From Bacteroidota bacterium (GTDB lineage Bacteria; Bacteroidota; Bacteroidia; Flavobacteriales_D; Sanyastnellaceae): a stretch of DNA of 49,672 nucleotides. Shown in pieces: positions 45,887-49,672 of this stretch (positions within the stretch are counted from its first letter, which is position 1; every line of letters begins with the position of its first letter). Location of the stretch: NCBI GenBank assembly GCA_039805365.1, contig JBDLUK010000130.1, positions 1-49,672 on the forward strand, in the 5' to 3' direction. The translations under genes and the position numbers were made by a program. A model generated the notes under the pieces. It did no database searches. It saw only the letters and a program-made list of their open reading frames with translations, and had not been told where the DNA came from.

Positions 45887-46963
45887 ATGAGTAATTCAAG
45901 CAAAGAGTCGATTTTACACTCCATTGAAGAGGCTATCGCCGATATCAAAGCAGGAAAAGTGGTAATTGTTGTCGACAATGAAGATCGAGAAAACGAAGGA
46001 GACTTTATTACTGCGGCTAAAAACGTGACTCCGGAGGTCATCAACTTCATGTCCAAAGAAGGACGAGGACTCATTTGTGCTGCGTTAACACCAGAACGTT
46101 GCAAAGAATTGGACTTGCCTTTGATGGTTACCCACAATACGGATCCAAACAAAACCGCCTTTACTGTTTCTGTTGATTTGCTTGGACATGGATGTACAAC
46201 CGGTATCAGTGCGCATGACCGCGCCAAAACCGTACAAGCCTTGATTTCAAAAGAAACTCAACCACGTGATTTGGCTCGCCCTGGACACATTTTCCCTCTC
46301 ATCGCCAAACCAGAAGGTGTTTTGAGACGCCCAGGGCATACTGAGGCCACCATTGATTTGGCGCGACTTGCAGGTCTTGAGCCAGCTGGCGTTCTCGTAG
46401 AAATAATGAACGAGGATGGCACAATGGCGCGTCTACCTCAACTTTTAGAAATTGCTAAAAAACACAACCTTAAAATTATTTCCATTGAAGATTTGATTGC
46501 ATACAGAATGCAATCCGAACGATTGGTTATAGAGACAAGTCGCACGATTTTCAATAATCCTTTCGGCGCATTTGTGCATATCACCTTCACGCAATCCATT
46601 ACCCAAGAGAAACATTTTGCTTTTGTATTGGGAAGTTGGAATGAGAATGAAGAGGTTGCCGTTCGCGTACACAGCGGAAAAACAGATCATGACCTTTTGG
46701 ATTGGATCCAAAATGGTGAAAACTCCAATTTGGGTCAAGGGTTGAAAAAAATTAGCACCCTCGGAAAAGGTGCTTTGGTTTATATGCATGCGCATTCTGC
46801 TTCTGATGAAAAAATCCCCATGGATGATCGCGACTATGGAACAGGTGCACAAATCATTCGTGCACTTGGTATCAGAAAAATGAACTTGATCACCAACCAT
46901 CCCATCAAGCGCACCGCCCTTAGTGGATATGGAATTGAAATAACAAACTACCAGAATTTATAA
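45887..46963 (+). CDS. ribB: 3,4-dihydroxy-2-butanone-4-phosphate synthase fused to a degenerate GTP cyclohydrolase II-like domain
   Basis: RibB motifs are present (DRENEGDF, TVSVD, ARPGHIFPL, RRPGHTEA). The C-terminal domain keeps VRVHS and DDRDYGTGAQI..LITNHPIK but lacks the three zinc Cys and the EGRGIGL segment. Confidence 0.88.
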   Translation: MSNSSKESILHSIEEAIADIKAGKVVIVVDNEDRENEGDFITAAKNVTPEVINFMSKEGRGLICAALTPERCKELDLPLMVTHNTDPNKTAFTVSVDLLGHGCTTGISAHDRAKTVQALISKETQPRDLARPGHIFPLIAKPEGVLRRPGHTEATIDLARLAGLEPAGVLVEIMNEDGTMARLPQLLEIAKKHNLKIISIEDLIAYRMQSERLVIETSRTIFNNPFGAFVHITFTQSITQEKHFAFVLGSWNENEEVAVRVHSGKTDHDLLDWIQNGENSNLGQGLKKISTLGKGALVYMHAHSASDEKIPMDDRDYGTGAQIIRALGIRKMNLITNHPIKRTALSGYGIEITNYQNL

Positions 46964-46964
46964 T

Positions 46965-48008
46965 ATGTCCAAACAAAAAATCATCGAGAACTTTGATCCC
47001 AATAGTGCGGGACTAAAAGATGCCAATATTTATGGTCTTCCCTTTTCCAATGAAGATTGTGAAATTATGCTCATACCCGTGCCTTGGGAAGTTACGGTTA
47101 GCTACGGTAGCGGCGCTACAGACGGACCAGCGCATATTTTCGAAGCAAGTTTTCAAGTAGATCTACACCACCAACAATTTCCAGAGCTATGGAAAGCCGG
47201 GATTGGCATGGATGATATTCCCGAAGAACTCCAAACGCTCAGTACAGAAATGCGTCCCAAAGCCGAAAAAATCATCTCTTTACATGAAGACGGCGTTGTT
47301 GTAGAAAAAAACAAAGAGGCCTTGCAATTGCTAGAAGAAGTAAATGCGGCCTGTGAAAAAATGAACCAATGGGTTGAAAGTCGCGTTCACCATTGGAAGT
47401 CGATGGGCAAAAAAGTAGCCGTTGTAGGTGGAGATCACTCTACTCCACTTGGCTACTATAGAGCATTGGCCAAAGAGCATGCGCATTTCGGAATTCTTCA
47501 TATCGACGCGCACATGGACTTGCGCATTGCATACGAAGGTTTTCAATACAGCCATGCATCAGTGATGTACAATGCATTGCAAATTGAAAATATCAACAAA
47601 CTCGTTCAAGTGGGCATTCGTGATTTTTGTGCTCAAGAACAAGAAGTGGTTGATTCTCAGGGTGAGCGCGTGAAAGTATTTACGGACTTCTCTCTTCAAT
47701 CAAAAACCTTTGAGGGTGAGAATTGGAAAAGCATCTGTGACGAGATTGTTGCTTTGCTGCCTGAAAAGATTGTCATCAGTTTTGATATTGACGGATTGGA
47801 TGCAACACTTTGCCCCAATACAGGAACTCCAGTGCCCGGAGGTTTAGGATATGCCCAAGCATTGTATCTATTGAATCGCGCTGCTGAGACCAAAGAACTA
47901 ATAGGATTTGATCTTGTAGAAGTAGCACCTGGAGATGATGATTGGAATGGCAATGTTGGAGCACGTCTGCTTTATCATTTATGTGGATTACTGCATTCAT
48001 CGAAATAA
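46965..48008 (+). CDS. Arginase-family metallohydrolase (formimidoylglutamase/agmatinase-like)
   Basis: Mn-ligand motifs GGDHS, HIDAHMD and SFDIDGLD. Confidence 0.8.
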   Translation: MSKQKIIENFDPNSAGLKDANIYGLPFSNEDCEIMLIPVPWEVTVSYGSGATDGPAHIFEASFQVDLHHQQFPELWKAGIGMDDIPEELQTLSTEMRPKAEKIISLHEDGVVVEKNKEALQLLEEVNAACEKMNQWVESRVHHWKSMGKKVAVVGGDHSTPLGYYRALAKEHAHFGILHIDAHMDLRIAYEGFQYSHASVMYNALQIENINKLVQVGIRDFCAQEQEVVDSQGERVKVFTDFSLQSKTFEGENWKSICDEIVALLPEKIVISFDIDGLDATLCPNTGTPVPGGLGYAQALYLLNRAAETKELIGFDLVEVAPGDDDWNGNVGARLLYHLCGLLHSSK

Positions 48009-48033
48009 AAAAGAGGGCTTCGGCCCTCTTTTT
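48009..48033. terminator. Bidirectional terminator
   Basis: Sequence aaaa-agagggc-ttcg-gccctct-tttt, between convergent genes. Confidence 0.75.
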
Positions 48034-48062
48034 CATAATCTATTAACCTACAAGCTTTCGCT

Positions 48063-48617
48063 TTATGCTACAGCTTGAGAAACCACCTTGAACTTGTCAT
48101 TGAAACTTTCCCAATTGAATAAGAAGTTGGACATGATTTCGTCCATTTTCTTTAAAAACAATGGGTTCGGTGTTTGCATCATCTTGAAATAATCTTGCTG
48201 ATACTCATTCAAGTTGTATTTATGAAACACCCCTTTTGACATAGCATACAAAGTGTTTTTAGACGGCGCGTTCACACGTGACATCATTTCTTTGTACTCG
48301 CCAACTACAGCATTAAACTGACTTTCAGACAAATCAAATACTGGGGCAAGCTTTTTTACAGCTTCAGTCATTATCTCTTGATCCTGACCATTTGTAAAAA
48401 AACGAGGTAAGACACTAAAATTACCGGCTATCACAACCATGAGAAACTTCCCACTATCCGATTTGCTAATCGGAGGTGTTGTAACAAATTCCGGACAATA
48501 CGCGATATACTCAGCAATACTCTCAAATCCTTCATCTACACTATTCAAAATTGCATTCACCAAGTGATGTGCAACGCGCTCTGTGTTTAATTTTTTCTTT
48601 CCAAAAAGTTGTAACAT
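48063..48617 (-). CDS. Hypothetical protein (184 aa)
   Basis: Long ORF. I prefer ATG at 48617 (MLQLFGKKK) because the upstream extension begins with TTG. No motif recognised. Confidence 0.5.
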   Translation of the reverse strand: MLQLFGKKKLNTERVAHHLVNAILNSVDEGFESIAEYIAYCPEFVTTPPISKSDSGKFLMVVIAGNFSVLPRFFTNGQDQEIMTEAVKKLAPVFDLSESQFNAVVGEYKEMMSRVNAPSKNTLYAMSKGVFHKYNLNEYQQDYFKMMQTPNPLFLKKMDEIMSNFLFNWESFNDKFKVVSQAVA

Positions 48618-48750
48618 CGGCTTTACTTTTTTGTTACCATTAGGTTTTCTCAAAAATAGACATGTGAACAAAGGTTATTTCGAAACCCCATTAGCGACAT
48701 TTCAACATAGTTATTCACCGAGTTATTGAAAACCTTTGGTTCATTATTGT

Positions 48751-48758
48751 TACTTTTG
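48751..48758 (+). promoter_or_regulatory. -7 box TACTTTTG, 17 nt upstream of ATG 48776
   Basis: Perfect TAnnTTTG. It overlaps the GTG that the ORF track uses as the start, which favours ATG 48776. Confidence 0.45.
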
Positions 48759-48775
48759 TGACAGAAAAAAATAAC

Positions 48776-49288
48776 ATGGACACAAGAATAATTAAAATTA
48801 TCATCGCAGCTCTCTCACTTGCTTACACCGTAATGACATTTATCGATGGCCGTTGGGGCATGGGGATTTTCATGTTGTTGGTGACGACAGTACTTGTTTT
48901 AGTTTGTTTTAGAAGTACACGATTGATCGTTGTTTTTTATTACATCCAACGTCAAAATTTAGAAAAGGCAAAAACTTGGTTGGCCAAAATCAATCCAAAC
49001 AAATTATGGAATAATCAAAAAGGATATTACCACTTCTTACTTGCCACAACCGATATGCAAAACCAAAGCATGGCGCAAAGCGAAAAGCATTTGAGAACAG
49101 CGCTGCAATTCGGATTGAGAATGGATCATGATAAGGCTGCTGTTTATCTTAACCTATCTGTATTGGCTGCCAACAAAAGAAAAAAGCGTGAGGCAATGAT
49201 GCATCTGGCAGAGGCGAAAAAATATGATACCAAGGGTTATTTAAAGAAAGACATCAAAGAAGTTCAGAAGATGCTAAACAGCATCTAA
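48776..49288 (+). CDS. Hypothetical membrane protein with TPR-like C-terminal half
   Basis: Two hydrophobic helices (IIKIIIAALSLAYTVMTF; GIFMLLVTTVLVLVCF), then a helical region. No catalytic motif. Confidence 0.5.
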   Translation: MDTRIIKIIIAALSLAYTVMTFIDGRWGMGIFMLLVTTVLVLVCFRSTRLIVVFYYIQRQNLEKAKTWLAKINPNKLWNNQKGYYHFLLATTDMQNQSMAQSEKHLRTALQFGLRMDHDKAAVYLNLSVLAANKRKKREAMMHLAEAKKYDTKGYLKKDIKEVQKMLNSI

Positions 49289-49431
49289 TTCTTTTTAGAG
49301 TCAAAATAAATTTTATGCACGGCACAGCCCGTGCATTTTTTTTTGCTCTGCTGAAAATGTTGGTATTGAGAAATAACCAAATACGAAAGAGCTCCCAGCA
49401 CAGTCAATATGGTCAATGTATTTTGAATCAT
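49285..49431 (-). CDS. FeoB-associated Cys-rich small membrane protein (48 aa)
   Basis: MIQNTLTILTVLGALSYLVISQYQHFQQSKKKCTGCAVHKIYFDSKKN: one TM helix, a basic patch and a CxxC motif. Its ATG overlaps the feoB TGA (ATGA). Confidence 0.6.
   Translation of the reverse strand: MIQNTLTILTVLGALSYLVISQYQHFQQSKKKCTGCAVHKIYFDSKKN
49315..49344 (+). terminator. Rho-independent terminator for the plus-strand gene, embedded in the convergent small CDS
   Basis: Hairpin atgcacgg-cacagc-ccgtgcat followed by a T-run of about 9. Confidence 0.6.
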
Positions 49432-49672
49432 GACAGACAGATAAAGGTTAACCAAGCACCAATGTATGCCAAGGCTGCCATATACAAAACTTGTATCACT
49501 GGCCATTTCCAAGATGCCGTTTCTCTCTGTACCACAGCAAATGTTGCCAAGCACTGCATCGCAAAAACATAAAATACCATCAACGACATTCCCGTAGCCA
49601 AGGTAAATGTGGGTTTGCCTGTGGTTGAATTGACATCGCGTTTCATTTTATCCAACAATCTTGTGTTGTCTT
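49428..49672 (-). CDS. feoB: Ferrous iron transport protein B, C-terminal fragment (gene continues beyond the window end)
   Basis: The frame is open to nt 49672. The sequence ..MVFYVFAMQCLATFAVVQRETASWKWPVIQVLYMAALAYIGAWL matches my recollection of the FeoB C-terminal membrane segment. Confidence 0.8.
   Translation of the reverse strand, partial: DNTRLLDKMKRDVNSTTGKPTFTLATGMSLMVFYVFAMQCLATFAVVQRETASWKWPVIQVLYMAALAYIGAWLTFICLS

Noticed and set aside
49285-49658. Two overlapping minus-strand ORFs in different frames at the window end, which could suggest a frameshifted feoB pseudogene
   Set aside because: The FeoB-like frame ends naturally after its last membrane helix. The second frame encodes a typical FeoB-associated Cys-rich peptide starting at an ATG that overlaps the stop (ATGA). 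They are two genes, not a frameshift. The longer 89-aa version of the ORF is an artefact of upstream extension.
1-49672. Looked for CRISPR arrays, rRNA, transposases, integrases, toxin-antitoxin pairs and known defence-system signatures
   Set aside because: I saw no direct-repeat/spacer arrays, no large non-coding gaps (the longest intergenic regions are about 130-160 nt), and no nuclease, methylase or reverse-transcriptase-like motifs in any ORF. The window looks like core chromosome plus surface-protein genes.

Overview
This 49.7-kb window looks like a chromosomal segment from a Bacteroidota genome, possibly Flavobacteriales- or Cytophagales-like; I cannot place it more precisely. Three things support that: an LpxC/FabZ fusion, many T9SS C-terminal sorting domains, and recurrent TAnnTTTG -7 promoter boxes. 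I call about 39 protein-coding genes, partial at both window edges, plus one tRNA-Phe(GAA). I found no rRNA, CRISPR array, transposase, integrase or recognisable defence gene.

Housekeeping genes: def, lon, rpoN, galE, lpxC/fabZ, lpxA, rsmG, mnmA, argS, a ribB-type gene, and the 3' end of feoB.

About one third of the DNA (16,458 of 49,672 nt by my coordinates) encodes six large predicted T9SS cargo proteins. Four carry a type-B CTD (CHU_C, gliding-motility-associated) and two carry a type-A CTD (Por_Secre_tail). There are three ECF-type sigma genes.

The most system-like signal involves two of those ECF sigma genes. Each sits directly upstream of a type-B cargo gene, and both cargo genes are preceded by the same ECF-style motif, TGCAAC-N18-GTCT. 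One of these loci also encodes a single-pass anti-sigma-like protein whose periplasmic part is PKD plus a degenerate type-B CTD. The other sigma has no adjacent anti-sigma. It is divergent from a TPR-TM-PP2C (SpoIIE) phosphatase gene, across an intergenic region holding two near-identical 11-bp-arm palindromes.

Other observations:
- Perfect TAnnTTTG boxes lie 3-6 nt upstream of eight start codons, which implies leaderless or near-leaderless mRNAs.
- A mosaic Cys-motif T9SS protein.
- A CarH-type B12 photoreceptor-like MerR regulator.
- A RibB fused to a degenerate GTP-cyclohydrolase-II domain.

All functional calls rest on motif recognition by eye. No searches were run. Motif coordinates may be off by 1-2 nt.
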